Shown piece by piece: positions 48,416 to 57,483 of a stretch of DNA of 64,000 nt (its first letter is position 1; each line of letters begins with the position of its first letter). The notes under the pieces were generated by a model. That model saw nothing but the letters and a program-made list of their open reading frames with translations. It searched no databases and was not told where the DNA came from. A program made the translations under genes and the position numbers. The stretch lies in the NCBI GenBank assembly GCA_965199955.1, contig CBDATQ010000002.1, positions 1,472,001-1,536,000 of the forward strand. The letters are read 5' to 3'. Source of the stretch: Spirochaetia bacterium (GTDB taxonomy: Bacteria > Spirochaetota > Spirochaetia > SZUA-6 > Bin103).

Positions 48416-49490
48416 CGCCCGCAGGGTCCGTCATGGAAACCGGACCATATCCAGGGTACCGATGGGGCGTGTGCCATTCTGATGACTGTTCGAGCCAGGC
48501 GCCGAGGTGGGCGACTTCCCGGACGGCGGACGGGTCGAGCTCGGCCTGCCGGAGCCGGGTCCGGACCACGAACACGTCCATCTCGTCGGGCGGTGAGTCC
48601 CGGTGCACGATCTCGTGGACCTTGCGGACGAAGAAGGTTCCCCAGTCGGGCCGGCGGCCGTCCAGGTCGGTGAAGCCGTACTCCTTCGCCAGTGCCCAGC
48701 TCGACAACAGGCGGCCGCTCCTGTCTGCAACGTGCGGGTCGGCGGCGAGCGCCGCCACGGCGCGTCCGACGTAGCAGGGGGTCTCGGACTCCGCGAAGTA
48801 GGGGTCGGCCTCGATGCCGTCCCGCCAGTTCGCCTCGCTGACGCCCAATCTGTCGAGCACCGCCTCGGAGCGCAGAAACCCGGGCGTGATCGCCAACGCG
48901 GTCACGCGCTGCGCTCGCAGGTCCGCCGCCATCGCGTAGGCGAGCCGGATCACCGCGTTCTTGGCCAGGTCGTAGAACAGGTTGCCGCGGTATCCGAGGG
49001 TGTCGCCGTCGGTCACCTCCACGATGAGGCCGGCGTTGCGTTCGACCATCAGCGGCGCGGCGTGGCGGCTGGTGATGATGTGGCTGTGCACGGCGCGTTC
49101 CAGCATCTCCAGCCCCTTGGCCGTGGACAGCTCCCAGAACGGCAATCCCCACTCGCTCAGCTCGTCGCCGCCCCAGATGTCGTTCACCAGCACGTCAAGC
49201 CGGCCCTGCTCGGAGTGGATCCGACCGAACAGCCGTTCCACCTCCGACTCCACGGTGTGGTCGGTGCGGACTGCGATGCTGCGGCCACCTTCCGCGGCGA
49301 TCATCGCCGCCGTCTCGTCGATCGTCTCCGTGCGCCCCGCGGTAGCTGGGTTCCCGTCCACGCTGCGGCCCGTGCAGTAGACGTTCGCCCCTGCCGCCCC
49401 CAGCATGCGGGCGATGCCGCGGCCGGCGCCGCGCGTGGCCCCGGCGACCACGGCAACCTGTCCGGCAAGCGGTCGGCATGGTGCGTTCAT
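48393..49490 (-). CDS. SDR-family oxidoreductase (DHRS1-like)
   Basis: ATG 49490; AGATRGAGRGIA, LVNDIWG, YDLAK (YxxxK), TPGFLRSE. Confidence 0.9.
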   Translation of the reverse strand: MNAPCRPLAGQVAVVAGATRGAGRGIARMLGAAGANVYCTGRSVDGNPATAGRTETIDETAAMIAAEGGRSIAVRTDHTVESEVERLFGRIHSEQGRLDVLVNDIWGGDELSEWGLPFWELSTAKGLEMLERAVHSHIITSRHAAPLMVERNAGLIVEVTDGDTLGYRGNLFYDLAKNAVIRLAYAMAADLRAQRVTALAITPGFLRSEAVLDRLGVSEANWRDGIEADPYFAESETPCYVGRAVAALAADPHVADRSGRLLSSWALAKEYGFTDLDGRRPDWGTFFVRKVHEIVHRDSPPDEMDVFVVRTRLRQAELDPSAVREVAHLGAWLEQSSEWHTPHRYPGYGPVSMTDPAGATLRPGR

Positions 49491-50623
49491 CTGCCGATCC
49501 CGTGCGCCTGCGGCCACACGGAGTTCAGCTCGTGGATCGCCAGCGAGACCAGGCGCACGCTCCCGCCGTCGGCGTACAGCTCCAGGGGCATGTCGCAGGC
49601 GGCCGGCAGGAAGCAGAACGATGCCGACACCAGGCCGCCGGCGGCGAACAGCTCCAGCGAGGTGCGGTCCACCAGGAGTTGCAGGCGCAGGGAGCCGTCG
49701 CCGTCGCGGGGTGCCGGGATCGTGTGGCCATGCCACGTGAACCGGGCGGCTGCGACGTCGTAGCGCAGGTCGTGGCCGCGGATGATGATGACGAACGCGG
49801 CCGCGTCCCCGGGGTCGATCACCGCTTCGAGGTGGAACAGGTCCCAGGTCGTGTCGGGCGCGAGGTTGCAGTACCCGGTGGCGAGGCGGCTCTGCCAGCC
49901 AGGTCCGTGCACGTGGTACAGGTCGTGCCGGTTCAGGCCGGGGCGCAGCCGGTGGGCGTTCCAGCGCAGCGTGCGCCGGTGCAGCATCTCCAGCTCGCGC
50001 ACCGGCTGCCGGCACAGGCGCACCCCGTGCGGCGTCGTGAGCAGGGTCAGCTCGACCGGGAACGACATCTGGCCGTTGAACGGCATCGCCGGGAAGTGCC
50101 CGCCGCGCAGCCATGAGATCTGGATGCGGCGGCCATCCTCGGACGGCACGTCGCTCCAGGTCTGGGCGGCATAGCCGCCCAGCCCCAGCTCGCTGCGCAG
50201 CGTCGGGGTCTCGGGGGTGAAGACGGTGCCGTCGAAGCGCCCCAGAACACCCAGCGGGTGTCGCCCGGGTCGCCGTCCACCGGCAGCTCGAACAGGTCCG
50301 GGCACTCGCCGGTGTCCGCCACCTCCAAGTCGCACAGGTGGCGCCACCGCTTCAGGTCGAGCGATCCGTACAGGGCGAAGTCGTTGCCGTCCAGGAACAG
50401 CGCCATGATCCACTGCCCCGTGGGTGCGTGACGGATCACCTTGGGGTCGCGGTTGTTGGCGCGCCGCGTGTCCCCAGGAGTTGGCCGCGTGGTTCATGAA
50501 CCCCGGCGTGTGCTGGAAAAACAGGTGGTATTCGCCGCGGTAGCAGACCAGCCCATTGGGGTCGTTCATCCACGAATGCCGCGGGCTGAAGTGGAACTGC
50601 GGGCGGTGCAACTCGTCGTACAT
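49487..50623 (-). pseudogene. GH32 levanase/beta-fructosidase with internal deletions and frameshifts
   Basis: WMNDPNG...WGHA in the main frame; RDPKV and ECPDLF in the 50047..50439 frame; YAAQTW...DRTSLELF back in the main frame. The segment normally carrying DLVHW/FSGS is absent. Confidence 0.85.
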
Positions 50624-50673
50624 GGGGACCTCAGCGCCCAGGAGCCGCTACTACCGAACCCGGCAGGCCAAGG

Positions 50674-51585
50674 CTATTCCTGCATCCAGGGATACATCGG
50701 CCCGAGGAACGGCGTCGGCTTGCCGGGACGAGGGTAGGACAGCTTCTCGGGGTGCTTCTCGATGCCGGCCTTCCACGCGGCGCTCCACTCGTCGTACGTC
50801 GTCAGCGAGTCGGGCGCGGCGCGGCTGCGCGCGACCAGGCTCGGCCACTCCGGGCGAGGCGAGGGGGTGCCGAGCGTCTGGTAGCGCAGGTCCATGCTCC
50901 AGCGGATGCCGTCGGTGCGGTTGGGACCGGAGCCGTGCGGGCAGAGCTTGTGGATGAGGATCACGTCGCCCTTGCGCATGGGCACCGTCACCGGGGCGCA
51001 CGGCGGCTGCGAGTCGAGGCTCCAGTAGACCGTGCCCCGGCGGTGCAGGCCGGGACAGAGCTGCAGGCAGCCGTTGTCCGCCGTCGCATCGTTGAGCGGA
51101 AACCAGACGGTGAGCACGAACAGCTCGCGCGCCTCGGGCGTCGTGAAGATCGCGTCCTGATGCCAGGGGGCGATGTTGGAGCCCTTGTTCTCGGCCTCGT
51201 CCGACGGGAGCTTGGCGCGCACGTGGGAGATGGCGTTGCACGCGATCTCCGGACCGATGAAGCCCTCCACCAGGTCGAGCAGGTTCGGATTGCGCATGAT
51301 CTCGAACAGGCCGCGCGTGCGCGTCCGGCCGATGTCCAGGGCCGTGTCCGATCCGAAGTAGGTCGCGGCGTCCTCATCGCAGATGCGCGCGAGCCGCGTG
51401 CCGAACGGCTCGTCGCCGCAGAGCTGACGGATCCGGCCTTCCGCGTACAGCCGCCGCGCGATCCCGTCGACGATCGCCGCGTAGTCGTCGATCACCGGCT
51501 GCAGGTCCCCGTCAGACAGCGCCCCTTCGACCACCACGTACCCCTGATCGACGAACCGATCGAGGTGCTCCTGGCTCAGCTTCAT
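50674..51585 (-). CDS. Phytanoyl-CoA dioxygenase (PhyH)-family protein
   Basis: PWHQD (HxD), NGCL...PG.H, GDV..IH...PHGS..N, RWS.DLRY. Confidence 0.92.
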   Translation of the reverse strand: MKLSQEHLDRFVDQGYVVVEGALSDGDLQPVIDDYAAIVDGIARRLYAEGRIRQLCGDEPFGTRLARICDEDAATYFGSDTALDIGRTRTRGLFEIMRNPNLLDLVEGFIGPEIACNAISHVRAKLPSDEAENKGSNIAPWHQDAIFTTPEARELFVLTVWFPLNDATADNGCLQLCPGLHRRGTVYWSLDSQPPCAPVTVPMRKGDVILIHKLCPHGSGPNRTDGIRWSMDLRYQTLGTPSPRPEWPSLVARSRAAPDSLTTYDEWSAAWKAGIEKHPEKLSYPRPGKPTPFLGPMYPWMQE

Positions 51586-51701
51586 GTGCCGGGCAGCGTA
51601 TCAGATGGTTACAGGTCGGCGTCAGACGCCTCCCGTGACGACGGCGGTTCCGATCGACGTAGCAACGACGCCCTCGGTCAGGAAAGCGGCGGAGCCGTGC
51701 T

Positions 51702-52301
51702 CTACGCCAGGCAGTCTTCCACCTTCGGCGGCTGATCGGGGGTGAGCCACTCGCGGCGCAGGGGTAGGCCGGGCAGCACCGTGGAGCGGATCATGGGGTC
51801 GCCGGCGGCGAACTCGGTGAGCACCTCTCCGCTGCGCGCATAGAAGCGGTGCGCCAGGGTCTCGGGGTCCAGCACCCAGTACTCGTCTACGCCGTGCTGT
51901 TCGTACTCGACGAACTTCACGCCCACGTCGCGATGTGCGGTGCGCGGACTCAGCACCTCGACCGCCAGGTCGGGCGCGCCGTCGATGTAGTTGTCCCGTT
52001 GCAGGCCGAGGCGATCCTTGCGGTAGAACGCGAGGTCGGGGAGGAACACGTTGCGTGAGCTCAGGCGTACGGCAACCACCTCGCGGAACACCATGCCGAG
52101 ATCGAACCGCTCGACATGGAGACGGAGCAGTGAGTCCACGAAGTTCAACAGCCGGGCGTGGCGCAGCGATACCGGAGAATGCATGGCGATCTCTCCATCC
52201 AGCAGGTCGGCATGGCGATCGGGTGTCAGCCAGTCGAGGAAGTCCTCGGCGACGAGGATTTCCTCGTGCACGTCCGCCGCGAGCGATACGTGAGTCGGCA
52301 T
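51702..52301 (-). CDS. Uma2-family PD-(D/E)xK endonuclease
   Basis: LLDGEI, PDLAF, APDLAVEVLSP.T...D...K...YE..GV.EYWVLDP. Confidence 0.9.
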   Translation of the reverse strand: MPTHVSLAADVHEEILVAEDFLDWLTPDRHADLLDGEIAMHSPVSLRHARLLNFVDSLLRLHVERFDLGMVFREVVAVRLSSRNVFLPDLAFYRKDRLGLQRDNYIDGAPDLAVEVLSPRTAHRDVGVKFVEYEQHGVDEYWVLDPETLAHRFYARSGEVLTEFAAGDPMIRSTVLPGLPLRREWLTPDQPPKVEDCLA

Positions 52302-52331
52302 GCTACGTTTCAGTATACTCCTGCGGCTTGT

Positions 52332-52740
52332 CTACCAGGTCCAGCGATGTTCGGGGAGGAAGCAGGCGACTGGATCGTCGCGGCCGGCGGGAGCGGCCGT
52401 CGGCGTAGTCGATGGCCATGACGGTGTTGCCGCGCCACCTGGTCGGGATGCGGTGGCCGATGATGGGGTCGGCCTTGGGGCCGAAGTAGGCGCCGGTGCC
52501 GCCCCCGGCGGCTTGGGGGACACGGACTACCAGGTCGGCGTGGCGCTCGGGTAGCGCGTAGTCGAGCGTGACCAGTGCTCCGGCCGGGGCTCGGTCGAGC
52601 GATACCGTGACGTCGGCGGCAAACGCGGGTACGCGGATGCGCAGCAGAGGTACTCGTAGGGGCTGGCCCAGAAGAAGCCGCCCAGCGAGCGGTCGACGAT
52701 GTCGCGGGTGTCGTCCCAGGGCTTGGCATGGTCCGGCCGA
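52332..52740 (-). pseudogene. Multiply deleted relic of a probable GH127-like protein
   Basis: Short protein-like pieces in shifting frames: DIVDRSLGGFF...CC; VTLDYALPER...TRWRGNTVMAID; VACFLPEHRWTW*. Confidence 0.4.
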
Positions 52741-52773
52741 GGCGGCCGGGCATCTCCACCTGCACGGCGTCCT

Positions 52774-53703
52774 CTAATCCGCGGCGGCGGCCTCGTTGGC
52801 CTTGCAGCGGCGCAGGTACACCCGGCGCGGCGGTTCCTCGTATCCCTTCCAGGCATACGGATCCACGCCCGCGACGGTCTCCACCGCCCGGTGGTCGGCG
52901 TTGGCCGGCCGCTCGTTCTCCTTCGGGTGCCATGGCAGCAGCGACCACGCGTTCATGTAGTGGTTGACCAGCACGCGCCGATAGGTGTTCCCGCGGTTGC
53001 GGCGCGAGCGGTGCAGCAGATAGCCGTTGAAGAAGATCACCGTGCCCGCGGTCACCTCCACTGGCTGCTCGGCCGACTCGTCGAAGCCGTGGCTCTCCGG
53101 GCCATTGTCGAACTCGTCCCGGTTCCCGTGCTCGCGCTGCGGGTACAGGTATCCCTTGCGGTGCGACCCGGGCAGCACCCACAGGCAGCCGTTCTGGACC
53201 GTCGCGTCGTCCACGGCGATCCACGCCCCCAGCAGCGAGCGGTCGCGGGTCGGGATGTAGATCTCGTCCTGGTGCCACGCCTGGCCCTGGAAGCCGGGCG
53301 GCTTGACGAAGTACATGGACTGCATGCACTTGACGCTGCCGTCCCACCACGGCAGGTGGGCGCCGGTGATCTGGGCGAGCACGCCGCAGATGCGCTCGTG
53401 CCTGACGAAGTCTCGGATCACCGGGCTGACGTGGTGCGGCTGGTGGATGCAGAGAACGGTATCCAGCACCTCTGCGTCGGCGGCGTCCGCCGGTAGCGGG
53501 TCGAGCCCGTCGGCTCCGTACTCGCCGCGCGCGACCCGCACCACGTCGCGCTTCAGTTGCTCCAGCTCGTCGCCGGTGACCAGGTCCTCGACGGCGAGGA
53601 ACCCGTCGCGCAGATAGCCCTGCACCTGCGCGTCGCTCACGATCCGCGGCACGGCGATGGGTGCGGCGGTTTGCTCCTCAAGCGGCGTCTGCACGGTCGC
53701 CAT
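52774..53703 (-). CDS. Phytanoyl-CoA dioxygenase (PhyH)-family protein
   Basis: FVKPPG..GQAWHQDE, NGCLWVLPGSH, YLLHRS..N. Confidence 0.93.
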   Translation of the reverse strand: MATVQTPLEEQTAAPIAVPRIVSDAQVQGYLRDGFLAVEDLVTGDELEQLKRDVVRVARGEYGADGLDPLPADAADAEVLDTVLCIHQPHHVSPVIRDFVRHERICGVLAQITGAHLPWWDGSVKCMQSMYFVKPPGFQGQAWHQDEIYIPTRDRSLLGAWIAVDDATVQNGCLWVLPGSHRKGYLYPQREHGNRDEFDNGPESHGFDESAEQPVEVTAGTVIFFNGYLLHRSRRNRGNTYRRVLVNHYMNAWSLLPWHPKENERPANADHRAVETVAGVDPYAWKGYEEPPRRVYLRRCKANEAAAAD

Positions 53704-53712
53704 GGCGTGAGC

Positions 53713-54165
53713 CTAATGCATGCCGGTCGCCTGCGTATCTTCCGTCACGCCGCACCACGACACCACGAAGTGGGCCAAGGTGCGGGCCGCCGCCACGAGT
53801 TGGTCGACCGGCAGCCGCTCGAACGCCGTGTGGCAGCAGGCGATCTGCACCAGGTGGCCGAGGTGGCCGACGCGCATGCCGCTGCCCGGACGGGGCGCGC
53901 GCACGCCATGTCGACGGCCACCGCCCGGTCGATGCCGCCGCGCTGCAGCGCCCGGCAGAAGCCGCTGTTGCGTCCGACCTGCTTGGTCATCGCGAACACG
54001 GTCAGGCCGAGCGCGTCCGCGCGCTCTTTGAACGCGCGCGCGTTGTCCTCCACCGCGTCCAGGTCAAGGACGTAGCAGTTCGCGGGTATGGCGGCCCGCC
54101 TGGTGCAGCGCGATCGCCGCCTCCACCAGGGCCGGGTTGCGGCGTCGGAGGACGTTCAGAAACAT
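53713..54165 (-). pseudogene. Fusion relic: YhfX-like alanine-racemase-domain N-terminus joined to an ArgE/DapE (M20) C-terminus
   Basis: MFLNVLRRRNPALVEAAIALHQAG / PANCYVLDLD...MTKQVGRN...AVD / GHLGHLVQI with two frameshifts, then HTAFERLPVDQLVAAARTLAHFVVSWCG. Confidence 0.75.
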
Positions 54166-54181
54166 CGTTTCCTCCCCGTGC

Positions 54182-55135
54182 TCACCGGTTCGTCTCTCGC
54201 AGGGACACGGCGACCGCGCCGAGGATGATCAGGCCGCGCACGATCATCTGTTCGGAGGCCGAGAGCCCCATCAGGATGAGCCGTTGTTCAGCATGCCCAT
54301 GAGCAGCGACCCGACCAGCGCGCCGACGACCGAGCCCTTGCCGCCGGAGAGCAGCGTGCCGCCGACGATGACGGCAGCGAGCACGGTCATCAGGTCGCTC
54401 TCGCCGAGCGTGTACTTCGCCGCCTGCAGCCGGCCCGCGTACAGCAGCCCGGCGAGCCCGGCGCAGCCGCCGCTTATGGCCAGCACGGTCAGGCGCACGC
54501 GCGGCACGTTGATGCCGGCCGCCTTCGGCCGCGCGCGGGTTGTCGCCGGTCGCCAGCACGTGCGCGCCCAGGCGGGTCTCCCGGTAGACGAAGTGGCCGG
54601 TGGCCACCACCGCCGCCGTCCACAGCACCCGCGACGGGATGCCGGCCAGCGATCCCGATCCGAAGAACCCCGTGAACGCGTCGTTGGTGACCGGGATGGA
54701 GCGCAGGTTGGTCATCGACCGCGCCACCCCGGCGAACAGCCCGAGGGTGGCCAGCGTCACCAGGAAGGAGGGCAGCCGCACGTACGCGACCAGCGCGCCG
54801 TTCAGCAGTCCGATCAGGATGCCGGCATCCAGGCCGGCGATGGTCCCGAGCGCCATGGGCTGCTCGCCCATGATCACCGAGGCGGCCAGCGCCGCCACGG
54901 CGACGATCGAGCCGAACGACAGGTCGATCTCGCCCGCGGACAGCACGAACACCACGCCCACCGCCAGCACCGTCGCCGGCGCGGTCTGCAGGACGATGTT
55001 GGAGAGGTTGCGGACGGTGGCGAAGCCGTACTGGCCCAAGGTCACGGTGAAGGAGACGAAGATCGCCAGGAAGCCGAGGTAGACGACGTAGTTGCGCGGA
55101 TCGAAGGCGATCGCGCGTCGCAACCGGCCGGCCAT
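54182..55135 (-). pseudogene. Ribose-type ABC permease with two frameshifts
   Basis: GEIDLS.GS, LPSFLVTL, ATGDN..AA; the segment GIN..RV...AAVIVGGT...GG.GS is in another frame (54271..54507). Confidence 0.85.
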
Positions 55136-55249
55136 GATGCTCTCCGTCCTCCCGCTCAACCTCGGCCTCCCCGCTCAAGCCTCAGCGTCCGCGGCCGCCC
55201 CGGCCGGGCACGCGGTCCGTGTCCGGCCGGGGCAGGTCGAGGTCACCCT

Positions 55250-55800
55250 TATCTTGACTCGCCTCCAGGACGCTCTTCGGTGCATCGCGGTTCAGGGACG
55301 TCTGTCAGCCTTCGGCGACGTTGTCCGCGTTGACCGTGATCGCGGGCGCGACCACGAACGGCGGCGTCTGTTCGCCGAGCAGCGCCCGCGCGCCGGCGGC
55401 CGCCATCGCGCGGCCCAGCTCGTAGGCCTCGTCGGCGACGATGGCCACGACGTTGCCGCCCTGCACCATGTCGAGCGCGGTCGACTCGCTCCGGTCGAGG
55501 GTGACGATCCGGGTGGTCTTGTTGCCGGCCGCGCGCAGCGATGCCAGGACCCCCTCGGCCGGGCCGGCCCAAGTGACGTAGACGCCGCCCAGGTCGGGAT
55601 GGCGCAGCAGCATGGCGTTGGCGATCTCCTCGGCGCGGGCCGGATCGCTGATGCCCTGCTCGGCGACGATGGTGATGTCCGGATAGTCGTTCTCGATCGT
55701 GGTCTTGAAGGCGTTGTCGCGCTGATTGTCACGTAGTAGGCGGCGTCGAACGCTGCGTTGGTCGTGGCGATCACCTCGATTCCCAGCCGGGTGGCTCGTC
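55250..55800 (-). pseudogene. Ribose-type sugar-binding protein relic (internal deletion, frameshift, nonsense)
   Basis: LGIEVIATTNAAFDAA is joined to YYVT/NQRDNAFK...; in-frame TGA at 55305-55307 in AEG*QTSLNRDAP. Confidence 0.75.
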
Positions 55801-55925
55801 GGTCGCGCCGGCGGCGACGGCGAGCACGGCAAGCCGTCGGATCAGGATCAGATGCACACGGGTGGTCCTCCTTCGTTCGGGCTGACGCGCGTGTGGCGGA
55901 CAGCATGGGGCCGCGGCGCTCATCG

Positions 55926-56215
55926 TCATCGGAGCGCCTCGCTGCCCGTGCGGCCGCGGCCCGGATCGCCGTCGCCGGCCTCGGCGCTGCCGGCGGCGGG
56001 TTCTTCACCATCCGAGAAGGCGATGATGTGCGCGGGCGGCAGCGTGATGTCCGCTTCGGGCACGTCCGGCCCGAACAGGTTGTTGCGCAGGTGGCCGAGC
56101 GCGACGGCGGCGGCGCCGGCGATGGTCGCCCGCGCGCCGAGCGCGCTCGGCTCGATGCGGACGGAAGTGGGCACGGCGCCGGCGAGCAGGGCGCGGACGC
56201 GTCCGACCAGCTCCG
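55926..56215 (-). pseudogene. C-terminal relic of a ROK-family regulator
   Basis: RVRALL....P..VRIEPSALGARATIAGAA..AL; the 5' part is replaced by the upstream enolase-family gene. Confidence 0.6.
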
Positions 56216-57460
56216 TCAGGCGGGCTCGGGAGGCGGCTCGATGAACGGGCCTTCCCGTCGCAGGCGTTCGAGGGTGGCACGGTACGCGGCGCTGCCGTCG
56301 GCAACCCAGCGCTCGAGCCTGATCCCGGGCTGCGCTCCTTCCTCGAATCCGGTCAGGCGCTCCAGGTCCGGGTCATCCAGCGTGTACAGCGTCGCGCCGC
56401 CGGACAGGCGGGTTACGCCGACGAACTCGGGACGCGGCAGCGGCTCGCGGTCTGCCGCGCGCTGCAGCGCCTCCTCGTCCACCTCCACGCCGAGGCCGGG
56501 CGTCTCCGGGACCCTCGAGCTGCCCTCGACGACCGGGATGCGGGTGGTGGTGATGTCTTCCTCGTACTGGTCGTCGGCGGTGACGGTGTGAGCGGTGGCC
56601 GTCGGCAGGACCGCCGCTTGGTGTAGCGTCAGGGCTTTCATCAGCGTGTTGCCCGTCTGCTGGATGATCACCTGCTTGTTGGCGGCCGCGTACGCGTACC
56701 CCTGCCCCATCGCGCGGCCGATGCCGTGCCCGCCGATCATGTGCAGGTCGGCCGCCGCCAGCACGCTGCCTTGTGCCACAGCGAGTGGCGGAACGTGCAT
56801 CACCAGCGGAATGCGGGTCCTGCTGCGCAGATTGCGCCACCCGTCCAGGTCGTCCCACGGCAGGGGGTCCTCGATGAAGCCGACGATGGGATGGTGCCGC
56901 AGCTCCTCCACGATCGGGAGCACGACGCCCAGCGTGCGCGTGCGGTTCAAGTCCCAGTGGAGGCGGAATCCGGGCGGGACAACCTCCTCGGCTGCACGGG
57001 TCTGCTCGATCACGTCGTAGAGCGGGCTGCTGTGCATCTTGAACACCCGGTAGCCCGAGGCCGCGGCGCGTCGGACCTCCTCCCGGAAGACGTCCGGCGG
57101 GCACGGGCGGGTCCAGGCCGCCGCCGGCACGGCGTCGCGCACCTTCTGGCCCATCAGCTTGTAAACCGGCACCCCGAGGTGCTTGCCCATCACGTCGTAG
57201 AGGGCCATGGCCAGCGACATGCGCAGGTCGCTGTTGATGAAGTCGAACGGGCTGCGCCCGACGACGCCGGCGATCGTCGCCTCCGGGATCGGACTCGCGT
57301 CGTCCTCCTCGCTGCCGTAGCCGGTGACCCCGATGTCGGTGCGCACGCGCACGACGATGTTGCGGTCGATGTCGTGCATGCGGATGTGCGCCTGCGGATC
57401 GTCGTACCGCGACGCGAATGGAAGCGCGATCGGGATGACCTCGACGTCGATGACCTTCAT
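56216..57460 (-). CDS. Mandelate racemase/muconate lactonising enzyme family protein
   Basis: VRVRTD.G.TGYG, MALYDVMGK.LGVPVYKL.G, IEDP, PGLGVEVDE. Confidence 0.9.
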   Translation of the reverse strand: MKVIDVEVIPIALPFASRYDDPQAHIRMHDIDRNIVVRVRTDIGVTGYGSEEDDASPIPEATIAGVVGRSPFDFINSDLRMSLAMALYDVMGKHLGVPVYKLMGQKVRDAVPAAAWTRPCPPDVFREEVRRAAASGYRVFKMHSSPLYDVIEQTRAAEEVVPPGFRLHWDLNRTRTLGVVLPIVEELRHHPIVGFIEDPLPWDDLDGWRNLRSRTRIPLVMHVPPLAVAQGSVLAAADLHMIGGHGIGRAMGQGYAYAAANKQVIIQQTGNTLMKALTLHQAAVLPTATAHTVTADDQYEEDITTTRIPVVEGSSRVPETPGLGVEVDEEALQRAADREPLPRPEFVGVTRLSGGATLYTLDDPDLERLTGFEEGAQPGIRLERWVADGSAAYRATLERLRREGPFIEPPPEPA

Positions 57461-57483
57461 GGGACGGGTGTACTGTAACCGGG
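57461..57483. promoter_or_regulatory. Putative bidirectional -10 element between divergent genes
   Basis: Only 23 bp separate the two ATGs; TACTGT (+, 57471-76) overlaps TACAGT (-, 57472-77); no clear SD on either side. Confidence 0.55.

Noticed and set aside
44058..55307. TGA recoding (Trp or Sec) suggested by two in-frame TGAs
   Set aside because: TGA is the normal stop of many intact genes here, TGG is used throughout, and one case lies in an already decayed gene.
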